Positions 8,964-18,943 of a stretch of 64,000 bases of DNA are shown in pieces. The DNA lies in NCBI GenBank assembly GCA_964349135.1, contig CAYGFK010000003.1, forward strand, positions 12,252 to 76,251, in the 5' to 3' direction. This DNA comes from an uncultured Candidatus Saccharibacteria bacterium (GTDB taxonomy: Bacteria; Patescibacteriota; Minisyncoccia; Phycocordibacterales; DSPV01). The first letter of the stretch is position 1; each line of letters starts with the position of its first letter. Under the pieces are notes generated by a model. It had not been told where the DNA came from. It ran no database searches and saw nothing but the letters and a program-made list of their open reading frames with translations. A program made the translations under genes and the position numbers.

Positions 8964-10512
8964 ACTTTCTATCATCATTCCAATCTATAACGAGGAGAAG
9001 ACGCTTCGAGAAATTCTCGACCGGGTTTTGAGTTTAAAGATTAAAGGGTGGCAGGTAGAGGTAATTGCCGTTGATGACGCTTCTCGAGACAAGACCCCTG
9101 AAATTCTCAAATCGTACGTGCCTCGTATCTCCGTCCTTCGTCACGAGAAGAATCAGGGGAAAGGGGCTGCCGTGGTGAATGGACTTAACGCGGCTACCGG
9201 CGATTTCCTCATTATTCAAGATGCTGACCTCGAGTACGACCCGCATGAGATTGCGGGATTGGCCACGCTCGTAACGGATAATAAACGAGTGGTGTACGGT
9301 TCGCGCAATTTGCACCCCGAAAAGCGGAAGGGTTTTTATGTACAACGATACGGGACGCTCCTGACGACATGGCTGATTAATTTCCTCTATCGTGCTCACA
9401 TGACGGATGTTTGGTCGTGCTATAAACTCTTTCCCGCCGAAGCGAAACATCTTTACTCGGGAAAGAAATTTGAAGGTGATATCATCTTCATCATTCGCGC
9501 GCTCCGTCTCGGTTATGAAGCTGTCGAGTATCCAATCTCGCATACACCCCGTGATGTGCATGAGGGGAAGAAGATACGCTATCGGGACGGTTTTTTTGCC
9601 ATTGTCGAGATTCTTAAGGACCGATTTAGTCATTTGCGCAAGGAAGATGTGGTCAGGGTAAAGCAGACGGATTCGCTCGTTGTCGACCCTGAAGAACATC
9701 TCCCGCTTACGAAAGAAAAGAATCAGCTTGTTGCTAAGAACGGGAAGCGGTACCTCCTCGATAGTGCTTCACGTCCGTATCTTATCCGTGAATCGCTGAG
9801 GACACGGTCGCAAGAGGACCATGAGAGCGGTATCAATTGGCTCAAATCATTCTTTAAGCAATTCCCGAAACTTTATTATGCACTGTGGCACATTACGTGT
9901 CCTGTGCTCATGCTTGTGAACGGGCCTCGTATGCTCAGAAAATTCCTTCCTCAAAGGACGACCATTATCGACATCGGTTCAGGTCCGGAGCGTTTAGGGG
10001 ATGAGTTTGTGAACGTAGATATTTATCCGTTTCCTGAGGTTGATATTGTCGCTGACGCAACAGCGCTTCCGTTCAGGAATGAATCCATTTCGGCGCTTGT
10101 CTCTGAATCAGTGCTCGAGCATGTTGCAGACCCCGATACGGTCGTTTCTGAAATGGTTCGCGTTCTGAGGCCGGGAGGATATCTCTATGTCAGTGTGCCC
10201 TTCATTCATCCGTACCACTCGTCACCGGACGATTTTAACCGATGGACCATGAGCGGTTTGAAGCATCTCTTCAGTGGCTTAACGGTTGTTAAGAGCGGAG
10301 TTCGTTCAGGTCCTTTTAGTGCGCTTCTGATGTTTCTGGCGTACTGGTTTGGTATTCTGCTCTCGTTTGGGTCAAGGAAGGTGGCCCCATTCATTACTCA
10401 CATGCTGATGCTTGTGTTCGGCCCGTTGAAATTCTTTGATTTCCTGTTTTATTGGATTCCTGGCACTGAGGCGGTTGCGACACACCTCTACCTTGTCGCA
10501 AAAAAAGAGTAA
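8956..10512 (+). CDS. GT2 polyprenyl-phosphate glycosyltransferase (GtrB/DPM1-like) fused to a C-terminal class I SAM methyltransferase domain, followed by C-terminal TM helices
   Basis: N-terminal IIIPIYNEEKTL...VDDASRD...DADLEYDP. C-terminal IIDIGSGPERLGDEFVNVDIYPFPEVDIVADATALPF...LRPGGYLYV. Confidence 0.65.
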   Translation: MRKLSIIIPIYNEEKTLREILDRVLSLKIKGWQVEVIAVDDASRDKTPEILKSYVPRISVLRHEKNQGKGAAVVNGLNAATGDFLIIQDADLEYDPHEIAGLATLVTDNKRVVYGSRNLHPEKRKGFYVQRYGTLLTTWLINFLYRAHMTDVWSCYKLFPAEAKHLYSGKKFEGDIIFIIRALRLGYEAVEYPISHTPRDVHEGKKIRYRDGFFAIVEILKDRFSHLRKEDVVRVKQTDSLVVDPEEHLPLTKEKNQLVAKNGKRYLLDSASRPYLIRESLRTRSQEDHESGINWLKSFFKQFPKLYYALWHITCPVLMLVNGPRMLRKFLPQRTTIIDIGSGPERLGDEFVNVDIYPFPEVDIVADATALPFRNESISALVSESVLEHVADPDTVVSEMVRVLRPGGYLYVSVPFIHPYHSSPDDFNRWTMSGLKHLFSGLTVVKSGVRSGPFSALLMFLAYWFGILLSFGSRKVAPFITHMLMLVFGPLKFFDFLFYWIPGTEAVATHLYLVAKKE

Positions 10513-10518
10513 TCGGTT

Positions 10519-11550
10519 ATGAGACTGCTACTTATTACACAAGTCGTGGACCGGAATGACAGCGTGCTTGGATTCATGCACGGCTGGATAGAAAAGCTCG
10601 CTGAACACTTCGAGCACATCTCGGTCATTTGTCTGAAGAAGGGAGATTTTCGTCTTCCGAACAACGTTGAGGTTTTTAGTCTTGGAAAAGAAGAAGGGAC
10701 CTCTAGAGTGATGCGTATCATACGCTTCTTTAGATATATATTCGTTCTTCGGTCGAGCACTGACGGCGTTTTTGTGCACATGAATCCGGAATATGTCGTA
10801 CTTGGCGGTATGTTTTGGCGATTGTGGGAGAAGCGTATTGTACTTTGGTATAACCACGGACAGCGAAATCTACGTTTGCGTCTTGCGATGATGTTATCCA
10901 ACGTTGTTTGCTATACGTCGCCGTATTCAGCATCGGCGGGGAATGCGAAGAGTCGACAGATGCCTGTCGGAGTTGATACTAAACGGTTCGTGTATAGCCA
11001 CTTCTCGCCACGCGTTCATGAAGGCCACCGTGAAGTACTGTATCTCGGGCGTATTGCGCCGGTGAAGCGCGTTGACGTCATCGTCGAAGCGGTTCGCCGT
11101 CTTTTGGACGCAGGAGTATACATGACACTTTCTGTTGTTGGCGAAGCGCTTCTGAAAGATAGTGCCTATATGGGTTCACTTCGTCGAATGGAACGCACCG
11201 GTATTGCGTTTCGTGGCGCGGAGTCAGACCGGGATAAGGTGATTGCCGTATTAAACTCGAATGAATTTCTTATCAACGCAAGCCCCCCGGGAATGTATGA
11301 CAAGGTTGTCTTTGAGGCGATGGCGTGTGAGTGCATTCCTCTCGTTTCAAGTAAGGCATTTGAGGGTATTCTGCCTCCAGAATGTTTTTTCAAGGAAGGT
11401 GATAGTGGCGACCTTGCAAGAGTAATCCAGGAGATGTTCTCACGTCCTACGGGGGAACTCGAATCGCTTTGCACTTTACTGCGTAAGCGTGTGACCGATG
11501 AACATAGTCTCGAAAGACTCGTCGGTATGATTGCAAATCTCTATGTCTAA
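10519..11550 (+). CDS. Glycosyltransferase, GT-B fold (GT4-like)
   Basis: GT-B C-terminal EA.A...P.V motif, FEAMACECIPLVS. Confidence 0.55.
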   Translation: MRLLLITQVVDRNDSVLGFMHGWIEKLAEHFEHISVICLKKGDFRLPNNVEVFSLGKEEGTSRVMRIIRFFRYIFVLRSSTDGVFVHMNPEYVVLGGMFWRLWEKRIVLWYNHGQRNLRLRLAMMLSNVVCYTSPYSASAGNAKSRQMPVGVDTKRFVYSHFSPRVHEGHREVLYLGRIAPVKRVDVIVEAVRRLLDAGVYMTLSVVGEALLKDSAYMGSLRRMERTGIAFRGAESDRDKVIAVLNSNEFLINASPPGMYDKVVFEAMACECIPLVSSKAFEGILPPECFFKEGDSGDLARVIQEMFSRPTGELESLCTLLRKRVTDEHSLERLVGMIANLYV

Positions 11551-12331
11551 AATACCTTGTACCATTGCCATATTGACGAAAGATAATGAAGCGACTATCG
11601 GTCAGGCGATTGAATCAGCCAACGCGTTCGATGAATGTCTTATCTGTGACGGAGGAAGTAGCGACAGGACGCATGACATAGCACGCGCCTCCCTCGCGCG
11701 TATCATAGACCAAGATTCGAGATTTAAAGACGCTACCGGCCGTATCTCGGATTTCTCCGGAGTGCATAATCAGATGCTTGAGGCCTCAACACACGATTGG
11801 CATTTCTATCTCGATTCAGACGAGCTTATGACGCCGGAGCTTGTTGAGGAGATACGTTCAATTGTATCCGCGAATAAGCCGGGGGCATGGTGGGTAAATC
11901 GAAAATATTCTCTGGAAGGGGAAACCGTTATGTGCGCGGCGACCTATCCGACACGGCAGATGAGATTTTTTCATAAGAGTGCGGTGACGGGATTTATCAA
12001 ACCGATTCATGAGCGTATCAATCCTAAGCCAGACGCATCTATCGGTACGACTCGCAATTTCATGCTCGTTCCGGTAAGTCCGGACCCGAAGGTGTGGCGG
12101 GAGAAGTGGCAGCACTATATTGCGCTTGAAGTTGCGCGACGAGGTACCATTTCGTTTTGGGATTGGGTGCGAGTGTGTATGGAGAATGCGAAAGTGTCTT
12201 TGTTGTACGGATTTCGTTTGGTACGCAACGCCTTTTTCTGTGGTGGTGCGCGCATGCCTTTTGCCCTAGAATGGGAGCGTCATGTGTACCATTGGAATTT
12301 GTGCAAGGCGTTGTGGAAGGGTCGTTCTTAG
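11543..12331 (+). CDS. Glycosyltransferase family 2
   Basis: CTIAILTKDNEATIGQAIESA...CDGGSSDRT...DSDE. Confidence 0.6.
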   Translation: MSKIPCTIAILTKDNEATIGQAIESANAFDECLICDGGSSDRTHDIARASLARIIDQDSRFKDATGRISDFSGVHNQMLEASTHDWHFYLDSDELMTPELVEEIRSIVSANKPGAWWVNRKYSLEGETVMCAATYPTRQMRFFHKSAVTGFIKPIHERINPKPDASIGTTRNFMLVPVSPDPKVWREKWQHYIALEVARRGTISFWDWVRVCMENAKVSLLYGFRLVRNAFFCGGARMPFALEWERHVYHWNLCKALWKGRS

Positions 12332-12371
12332 GTACGGGTTTTTGCTTTAACCATTAAAATAAATAAATTAT

Positions 12372-12767
12372 ATGAACCGAGTTGTACATTTTGAGATTCA
12401 GGCCGATGATTTTGAACGTGTAAAGAAGTTTTATGGGGAGGTGTTCGGTTGGGAGTTTCCAAAGTGGATGGACGAACCCGAATATTGGGGCGTGATGACG
12501 GCTCCCCAAGACAGTACGGAGAAGGGTATAAATGGGGGTCTGGTGAAGCGTCCTGCGAAAGTCCCGTCTCCCAAACAGGGGACAAATGCTTTCGTTTGCA
12601 CGGTGCAGGTTGAGGATTTTGACAAAACCGCGGAGAAGATTGAGAAGGCTGGTGGCAGAGTGGCGATGCCGAAATATGCTATTCCGGGCATGGCGTGGCA
12701 AGGGTACTTCCTCGATACCGAAGGTAATACGTTTGGTCTGCATCAAGCTGATACAAGCGCCAAATAG
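12372..12767 (+). CDS. VOC/glyoxalase-bleomycin-resistance family protein
   Basis: VVHFEIQADDFERVKKFYGEVFGWEF. Confidence 0.6.
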   Translation: MNRVVHFEIQADDFERVKKFYGEVFGWEFPKWMDEPEYWGVMTAPQDSTEKGINGGLVKRPAKVPSPKQGTNAFVCTVQVEDFDKTAEKIEKAGGRVAMPKYAIPGMAWQGYFLDTEGNTFGLHQADTSAK

Positions 12768-12821
12768 CCCCTTTGAGGTATAGGTAGCACTTCCAGCACT
12801 TTTGCGTTAGAGTGAGTTTGC

Positions 12822-14291
12822 ATGTGGAATTCTGCGATGACCGTGCTCGAATCAAGAAAGACGCCCTATCTCCTTTTGGGTGTTTCACTTGCTCTTATCT
12901 TGTTTTTTTCGCTCCCTACGCTTACCACGGCGCCTAGGATATGGACAGACGAGGGGGTTATCACTGAGGTTGCTCGGACCTACGGAACGTGGGGTGTTCT
13001 CGACCTTGAAGTCGCGCCGGGAGTTTTTGGAGGCAAGCCACATCTCTATCAAGCGACCGGGTTTCCAGTCACCGTTCCTCTAGGGTTTTTGTTCGATATA
13101 GTTGGTTTCAGTTTTTCACTCGCTCGTCTGTATATGGTCGGCTGGCTCATCATTGCAGTCATTGCTTCGTTTTATTTCATTAAATATTTCTTTGAGGCGC
13201 ATTTTGCAGGGTATGCCGTACTGCTTTTGACCACCTTCGCCTCTTTTTACGGAACAGGGAGAAATGTCATCGGCGAGGTTCCCGGTTTCGTTTTCTTACT
13301 TGCCGGACTTTTTCTGCTCATTGGCCGGAAGCAGTATGTGCTTTCCGGATTATTTCTTTGTCTCGCCATCGCGTGCAAACCATCAGTGTTCCTGCTCATC
13401 TTGCCGGCCGTTCTCTTGTTTCTTTTGGCTTACGACCGTTCAAAGATTTTGAAGAAGTCCCTCATGCTCTTTCTCGGTGCGGTACCTGTAGCGCTTGTCT
13501 GGCTCTCTTTTGTGACACCTAACCCATTCCAGATGTCTTTTTGGCAGGAGCTCGTAGCATTCTATCAACAACCTTTTGCGGGAAGCTCTGTGTCAGCGAA
13601 TGTCGCAAGAAATCTTAGTACCGTATTTCAGTCTACGACACTCATTTATTTCGGCGCGTGGCTTATCTGTCTCATCTTTGTACGAATGCGGACATTCAAT
13701 AAAAAGCTTAAGGGGCTGTATGACGTCACCCTGCTCTATTCGTTTTTGGCGTTTCTCTATTACCTTCGTAGTCCCGGATGGCTTCGCTACATTCTCATTG
13801 CCGAGCTTTTACTTCTCATCTTTCTCCCGCACATCCTCTTTGTTGTCTCATGTTTTCTCCAAAAGAAAATTGGTGCCTTCCGTCGCATTCCTGTCGCGTA
13901 CGCGCTTGCTCTCGCATTATTTTCGCTCGCTCTTATTCAGACGGTGCAGTTTTATACAGCCGCCGAAATCTACCACGACGAGAAAATATTTGAGACCGCA
14001 CGCATTCTTGATGAGCGCTTCGCGGGTAAGAGTGTTTTTGTGCTCAATAGCCCCGGGCTTTATGTACTGCTTGAGAACCCGCTTCGTGAGACGTATATCG
14101 ACATTCAAGGCCCTATCCCTATTGGGAGCATCCCGCTTACCGACGAGACGCCAGACACTCGTCTTCCTGATGTTCTGGTAACGGGCACAGGCGGTGAGTT
14201 TCCAAAGTATAAAAATTTTATTATGGAGCACTATACCTCTTCAGGAGAAATCAATTCATTTTCGATATATACACGCGGTATAATCGAGTAG
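12822..14291 (+). CDS. Polytopic integral membrane protein, possible GT-C glycosyltransferase
   Basis: About 10-12 hydrophobic helices, with a soluble C-terminal domain. Confidence 0.45.
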   Translation: MWNSAMTVLESRKTPYLLLGVSLALILFFSLPTLTTAPRIWTDEGVITEVARTYGTWGVLDLEVAPGVFGGKPHLYQATGFPVTVPLGFLFDIVGFSFSLARLYMVGWLIIAVIASFYFIKYFFEAHFAGYAVLLLTTFASFYGTGRNVIGEVPGFVFLLAGLFLLIGRKQYVLSGLFLCLAIACKPSVFLLILPAVLLFLLAYDRSKILKKSLMLFLGAVPVALVWLSFVTPNPFQMSFWQELVAFYQQPFAGSSVSANVARNLSTVFQSTTLIYFGAWLICLIFVRMRTFNKKLKGLYDVTLLYSFLAFLYYLRSPGWLRYILIAELLLLIFLPHILFVVSCFLQKKIGAFRRIPVAYALALALFSLALIQTVQFYTAAEIYHDEKIFETARILDERFAGKSVFVLNSPGLYVLLENPLRETYIDIQGPIPIGSIPLTDETPDTRLPDVLVTGTGGEFPKYKNFIMEHYTSSGEINSFSIYTRGIIE

Positions 14292-14293
14292 TT

Positions 14294-15361
14294 ATGAAAG
14301 AAATCCGTTCAATTGTTTACGTTGGAATCTATCCTGCAAAAGCGCCACGGGATAACGTCTACCTTGCTGAGCTCAAGAAACGGGGGGTTGTGCTCTATGA
14401 GTTTGTAAGCAGTGCGCCGGGTCTTGCAAAATATCGTGAGCTTTATCGGAACTTGCGCCGGGAGGCGACGGATAGTGACGCTATCTGGGTTGGTTATTTG
14501 AGCCCGATGGTCGTGCCGGTGGCCTACCTTGCGCGGGGCAAGAGAAAGATAGTTTACAATGCACTGGGGAGCGCGTATGAGGCCTATGTGCTTGACCGTG
14601 CCGTGTGCAAACCGTATTCGTTCAAAGCGCTGTCGTTTTGGTTTTTTGATTTTCTTTCGTTTCACCTTGCGCACACGATACTCGTTGAGAGCGAGGCACA
14701 GAGACGATTCCTCGCGAAAACATTTTTCGTTTCATTAAAAAAGCTTGTCACGGTCTATACCAGTGTTGACGAGGAGATATTCCATCCTGACCCGCAGGTT
14801 AGAAAACAGGAAACGTTCGCGGTGATGTTCCGGGGTATGTTTATTCCCGCAACGGGCGTTGAAATTGTGCTTGAAGCCGCGAAACTTCTGAAAGACGAGC
14901 CAATACGTTTCATTATCAGTGGTTGGGGTCAGTTGAAGGATGAGGTCGTCAGTTTTATCGAACGAAATAAGCTGAAGAATGTTGAGCTTAATACGGTCTT
15001 TCTTGAGCCGGATGCGCTTCGCGGGAAACTCTTGTCTGCACATGTGCTTCTCGGGCAGTTTAGCACTAATACGCGACTTGAGCGGACGATTCAGCATAAG
15101 AATTCTGAGGCGCTTGCTCTCGGTCAACCCCTTATTACACGTGATTCGGCAAGTAACCGTGAAGTGTTTGAAGATGGTGTGAATTGTCTCTTTGTCAGGG
15201 CAGGGGATGCGGAGGCGCTTGCAGAGAAAATTATCTACGCACGCGAGCATCCTGAAGTGCTCAAGCGACTCGCCACGGGGGCATTTCAGACATACCGGGA
15301 GAAATTGAGTGCACAGGTGCTTGGCGAACAGATTTCCTCAATTTTGAAGAGTCACGTATGA
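14294..15361 (+). CDS. Glycosyltransferase family 4
   Basis: EALALGQPLITRDSASNREVFEDGVNCLFV. Confidence 0.65.
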   Translation: MKEIRSIVYVGIYPAKAPRDNVYLAELKKRGVVLYEFVSSAPGLAKYRELYRNLRREATDSDAIWVGYLSPMVVPVAYLARGKRKIVYNALGSAYEAYVLDRAVCKPYSFKALSFWFFDFLSFHLAHTILVESEAQRRFLAKTFFVSLKKLVTVYTSVDEEIFHPDPQVRKQETFAVMFRGMFIPATGVEIVLEAAKLLKDEPIRFIISGWGQLKDEVVSFIERNKLKNVELNTVFLEPDALRGKLLSAHVLLGQFSTNTRLERTIQHKNSEALALGQPLITRDSASNREVFEDGVNCLFVRAGDAEALAEKIIYAREHPEVLKRLATGAFQTYREKLSAQVLGEQISSILKSHV

Positions 15362-16218
15362 AAACACACATCATCACGCACCGTGGCCTTGAGCCACTGA
15401 AACCAAACTTCTACTTCGAAAGCTCGCGGGAGGCATTCGCTGACGAATTATCACGTGGGTATGGACTTGAGTTTGATGTTCAGTTTACCGCTGATGGTGG
15501 CATGATTGCTATGCATGATTCTGACCTTAAACGCATCTCGGACGGCGCCGATGTCCGAGCGGTTAAAGACATTGCGACGGATGAGCTACTCGCCATGGAT
15601 TTCAACGGATGCCATCTGGCGACCGTTGGTTCAACGCTCTCAATGATTGACAGCGTAAATGCAGAAGCAATATCGGCGCTCCACTTGAAAGCGGCATGGC
15701 AGAGCGAAAATCATATGAATATACTTCTCGACGAAGTGAAGAAGCATGATTTGTCGCGCTTTTTTGTTTTCGATGTCATGCCGGGACCGGCACGTTTCCT
15801 CAAGAAGCATCTACCCGAGATTTCGATTGGCGTCTCGCTCTCGCACCCCTATGACATTACGCGTTACAAGGAGGTTACCGGCGGTACACTACTCTCGCTC
15901 GATGAAGCGCGCGAATTGCAAGATGTTGTTGATTGGGCATGGCTTGATGAGTGGGACCGAACCGATGAAGGAGGCGCAGACAAGACCTTCTACAACAAAG
16001 AAGTCTTCGGCGCCTGCCGTGACCTCGGACTTAATATTGCCCTGGTGATGCCGGAGATGCACTTGTCTTCCCCGGGGATTCTTGGTGGGGAAGCGCATCA
16101 GGATGCGAGAGACTCCGAGACGCTTACGGCGCGTATCAAGGAAATTCTTGAGCTTAAACCTGATGCTGTTTGTACCGACCGACCGGATGAGGTTAGAGCT
16201 CTCGCCGAATCGCTCTAA
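15358..16218 (+). CDS. Glycerophosphodiester-phosphodiesterase (GDPD) family protein
   Basis: ITHRG...LEFDVQFTADGGMIAMHD. Confidence 0.55.
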   Translation: MKTHIITHRGLEPLKPNFYFESSREAFADELSRGYGLEFDVQFTADGGMIAMHDSDLKRISDGADVRAVKDIATDELLAMDFNGCHLATVGSTLSMIDSVNAEAISALHLKAAWQSENHMNILLDEVKKHDLSRFFVFDVMPGPARFLKKHLPEISIGVSLSHPYDITRYKEVTGGTLLSLDEARELQDVVDWAWLDEWDRTDEGGADKTFYNKEVFGACRDLGLNIALVMPEMHLSSPGILGGEAHQDARDSETLTARIKEILELKPDAVCTDRPDEVRALAESL

Positions 16219-16294
16219 CCGTCTCGTCGTTCCCCAACCACCCATTTAGTATTCAAATAGGCCCATTTCAAGGTCGGACTTTGAAATGGGGTAT

Positions 16295-16323
16295 TGACTT
16301 GGAGATTATATAATGTTATACTA
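16295..16323 (+). promoter_or_regulatory. Consensus-like promoter (TTGACT-17-TATACT) for gene 16383
   Basis: Preceded by the inverted repeat CCATTTCAA...TTGAAATGG at 16262-16291. AAAGGAG Shine-Dalgarno 6 nt before TTG 16383. Confidence 0.5.
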
Positions 16324-16382
16324 TAAAGAGGTGAGAGTTTCACTCTCTTTGACAACTATAACCCCAAACAAAAGGAGTCCGC

Positions 16383-17048
16383 TTGAATGCGACCGAAAAT
16401 TCCGCTAATCCTGTTATTGAGAAAGCGAACAAAATCCATCACGAAGGTGTCGACGCCATCAACGAGGGTCGAGCTCCGTTGTTTACGTGGCCAGAAGACC
16501 TTGGTCTCCGATACAACGCCTCTATGTACTTCGATTGGTCATGTGGTGATGCCCTCTTTGAGCCCGTACTCATCCCGATACTAGTAGCAATGGAAAAAAA
16601 CCAAGTATCGCTCATCAACGTCGGCATTCACTTCCAGACGCATTCGACGCTGTGTGAAGCAAAGCATCCGGAGAATGTGCCACCAGCGCCTTTCTCCTTT
16701 ACACCATCGACGAGTCTTGTCGGACACGTGATTGAGTTCTCGGAATTCGTCATTGGCCACAACACGTTGCTCATGGCGGCTTCCGATATCCCTCCGGAGA
16801 TTATGGACGCGCGGACCGAGCTCGAGTCTCTCTACCTAGAGATGGGTCTCGTGCCGATGCCGATTCAAAATCTTTTACACGTGTCTCTGGCACGAATCGT
16901 TGGAGGGTGTCCAGAGGACGTCAAGAGGTTTGCTTCCAGCCTTCTGGTTCTGCGAGACAATTTGCATCGCGAGCCGATTCGGCTCAAGGTTCTGGAGGTG
17001 CGGACCGGTTCAGCCATCGACCTCCTGCGTCCTGTGTATGTGCCTTAG
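16383..17048 (+). CDS. 2H phosphoesterase superfamily protein (LigT/cyclic-phosphodiesterase-like)
   Basis: Two H-x-T/S-x motifs, THSTL and LHVSLAR, spaced about 80 aa apart. TTG start with a strong Shine-Dalgarno. Confidence 0.45.
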   Translation: MNATENSANPVIEKANKIHHEGVDAINEGRAPLFTWPEDLGLRYNASMYFDWSCGDALFEPVLIPILVAMEKNQVSLINVGIHFQTHSTLCEAKHPENVPPAPFSFTPSTSLVGHVIEFSEFVIGHNTLLMAASDIPPEIMDARTELESLYLEMGLVPMPIQNLLHVSLARIVGGCPEDVKRFASSLLVLRDNLHREPIRLKVLEVRTGSAIDLLRPVYVP

Positions 17049-17057
17049 TGAAGCGAC

Positions 17058-17096
17058 AAAACGCTTCCGTCGTTTAGACGGAAGCGTTTTCTTTTT
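17058..17096. terminator. Bidirectional rho-independent terminator between convergent genes
   Basis: Perfect 14-bp stem AAAACGCTTCCGTC/GACGGAAGCGTTTT with T-run CTTTTT. The stop codon of the minus-strand gene lies inside the hairpin. Confidence 0.75.
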
Positions 17097-18150
17097 GGGC
17101 ACGCATCCGTGCGCGGATGCGTGATTGTTTTATCTCGAACAAGGCATGTTTGAGTGCGTAAATCCCGTGCCAGATTGTCTTGGTAAGAAGATTCACGTGC
17201 GGTTTAATTGTCGGCTTTATTACAAACCCAACAAGACGGTCTTCGGAGGCGAGCCATTCTTTTCGCCCCTGAATACAGCTCTTGAGCGCGTTGTCTCCGA
17301 GCGTCTTGTAGTGGTCGAGAGAAATCCTCTTCGGATGTTGGTAGTTCACGATAATACCGTTTTTCCCGTTCTCGATATATTCGTTCATGGTTGCGTCGTC
17401 ATTGGCGATAACACAGTGACCGCTTGCCAGTGCCTCGAGATATGCCTGCCCAATGCCTTCCATTTGGCGCGGTTGGATAAAGATGGTGTGTTCGCGCAAC
17501 ATCTCTCTGAGAATATTAGTGTCGCCGAACGGTCGGTTATCGAATCGAATTTTGTATTTTTGTATATCTGATTCGCTCACCACCTCCTTGTTGAATCCCG
17601 GGTCGGGCGCATTTCGAAACGTCAGTGATTCAATTTCGTCGGGGTTGAGTACGCTTTTTACGTGTTCCCAGGTTACGGTGCCGCGGTACCAGAAGAGAAT
17701 TCGTTTTCCTTCTATCTGCGATGAGCTGTCTTTAAGCTCTTCGGGGTCGGGATAGTATTTGAAATATGCGTTTTCGATACCGAATCGGTTGGCCTTCTCG
17801 TTGACCTTATGATTAAAGCTTAGAATCTTAATTGGTAGCGTTGAGAGCGCTTTCCAGTAGAAATAATCGGTATTGAGACTGTCGTAGACGGCAACCCAGA
17901 TAATCTTTGCCGTGATTTGCTTGAGTTCGGAGAATTGGTTGATACGCTGGAAGAAAAGGACATACTCGTATCGGTTTATCTCGTCGGGCGTGATGACCCG
18001 CGGGTTCCCCCATGGATTGACCCAGCGTGACGTGACCTCAAAATGACGGGAAAGCATTTCCTTAAGAAAGAGGTTTGAACCGCTTGCGTTATGAGCGATG
18101 TGGTCTATGTAAAGGAGGGTCGGTTTTGCCATGTGCGGGCATTTTACCAC
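17074..18150 (-). CDS. Glycosyltransferase, GT-B fold (GT4/GT1-like C-terminal domain)
   Basis: EGIGQAYLEALASGHCVIANDDATMNEYIENGKNGIIV. Confidence 0.55.
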   Translation of the reverse strand: MVKCPHMAKPTLLYIDHIAHNASGSNLFLKEMLSRHFEVTSRWVNPWGNPRVITPDEINRYEYVLFFQRINQFSELKQITAKIIWVAVYDSLNTDYFYWKALSTLPIKILSFNHKVNEKANRFGIENAYFKYYPDPEELKDSSSQIEGKRILFWYRGTVTWEHVKSVLNPDEIESLTFRNAPDPGFNKEVVSESDIQKYKIRFDNRPFGDTNILREMLREHTIFIQPRQMEGIGQAYLEALASGHCVIANDDATMNEYIENGKNGIIVNYQHPKRISLDHYKTLGDNALKSCIQGRKEWLASEDRLVGFVIKPTIKPHVNLLTKTIWHGIYALKHALFEIKQSRIRARMRAQKENASV

Positions 18151-18158
18151 TCTTTTGA

Positions 18159-18902
18159 GTGGTCGTCATATACGTTATAATGCCAAGGACTATGCGAACG
18201 TTTGCCAAAAATATCATCAATTTTTTCTTTAGACCCCTTGGTCTTGAAGTGAGGCGGTATACGCCACCCCTAGACACCCTTGCATGGCTTCGGCACCGAG
18301 GTATAAAAACCGTACTTGATGTCGGCGCCAATACCGGTCAGTTTGCCCGGGAAATACGTAAAAAACTTCCCGATGCGATGATTTATTCGTTCGAGCCGGT
18401 GAAAAAGAGTTTTGATGAGCTTGTCAGGACTATGGCGGGAGATTCGAGATTTAAAGCGTTCCATTGCGGTATTGGCGATGCGGATACTGAGTCGATTATC
18501 AATGTGAGTAGGTACTCACTTAGCTCCTCGCTTCTTACCATGGCTCCATTACACGAAGAAGCGTTTCCTCATACGAAAGGAAGTACACCGGAGACCATTA
18601 CGGTTCGGAAGCTCGATTCCATCCTTGCCGACCTCTCATGTGAGAAGAATATTCTCTTGAAGATTGATGTGCAGGGATATGAGGATAAGGTCATCACAGG
18701 CGGTGCGAAGACGATTGCCGAGTGCGAAGCACTCATTGTCGAGACGAGTTTCTATCCGCTCTATGAAGGTCAACCGCTTTTTGAGCGCGTCTATGAGCGG
18801 CTTGGTGCGCTTGGGTTTAACTATTCGGGTAACGGATACGGAAAGAAGCATCCGCGCAACCAGGAGGTCGTGTCCGACGACTCGTTTTTCGTCAGGAAAT
18901 AA
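18159..18902 (+). CDS. FkbM-family SAM-dependent methyltransferase
   Basis: LDVGANTGQFAREIRKK...IYSFEP. Confidence 0.65.
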   Translation: MVVIYVIMPRTMRTFAKNIINFFFRPLGLEVRRYTPPLDTLAWLRHRGIKTVLDVGANTGQFAREIRKKLPDAMIYSFEPVKKSFDELVRTMAGDSRFKAFHCGIGDADTESIINVSRYSLSSSLLTMAPLHEEAFPHTKGSTPETITVRKLDSILADLSCEKNILLKIDVQGYEDKVITGGAKTIAECEALIVETSFYPLYEGQPLFERVYERLGALGFNYSGNGYGKKHPRNQEVVSDDSFFVRK

Positions 18903-18943
18903 GAGGGGAATTTGATGCTCGGGTATGCTAGAATCAGCCCAGT

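Noticed and set aside
9034-9699. 221-aa minus-strand ORF
   Set aside because: Entirely antisense to the well-supported GT2-methyltransferase gene 8956..10512; no motifs; typical shadow ORF.
13576-14181. 201-aa plus-strand ORF in an alternate frame inside the membrane-protein gene
   Set aside because: Low-complexity S/R/F-rich translation overlapping a coherent polytopic membrane protein frame; spurious.
14735-15250. 171-aa minus-strand ORF
   Set aside because: Antisense to GT4 gene 14294..15361; no family features.
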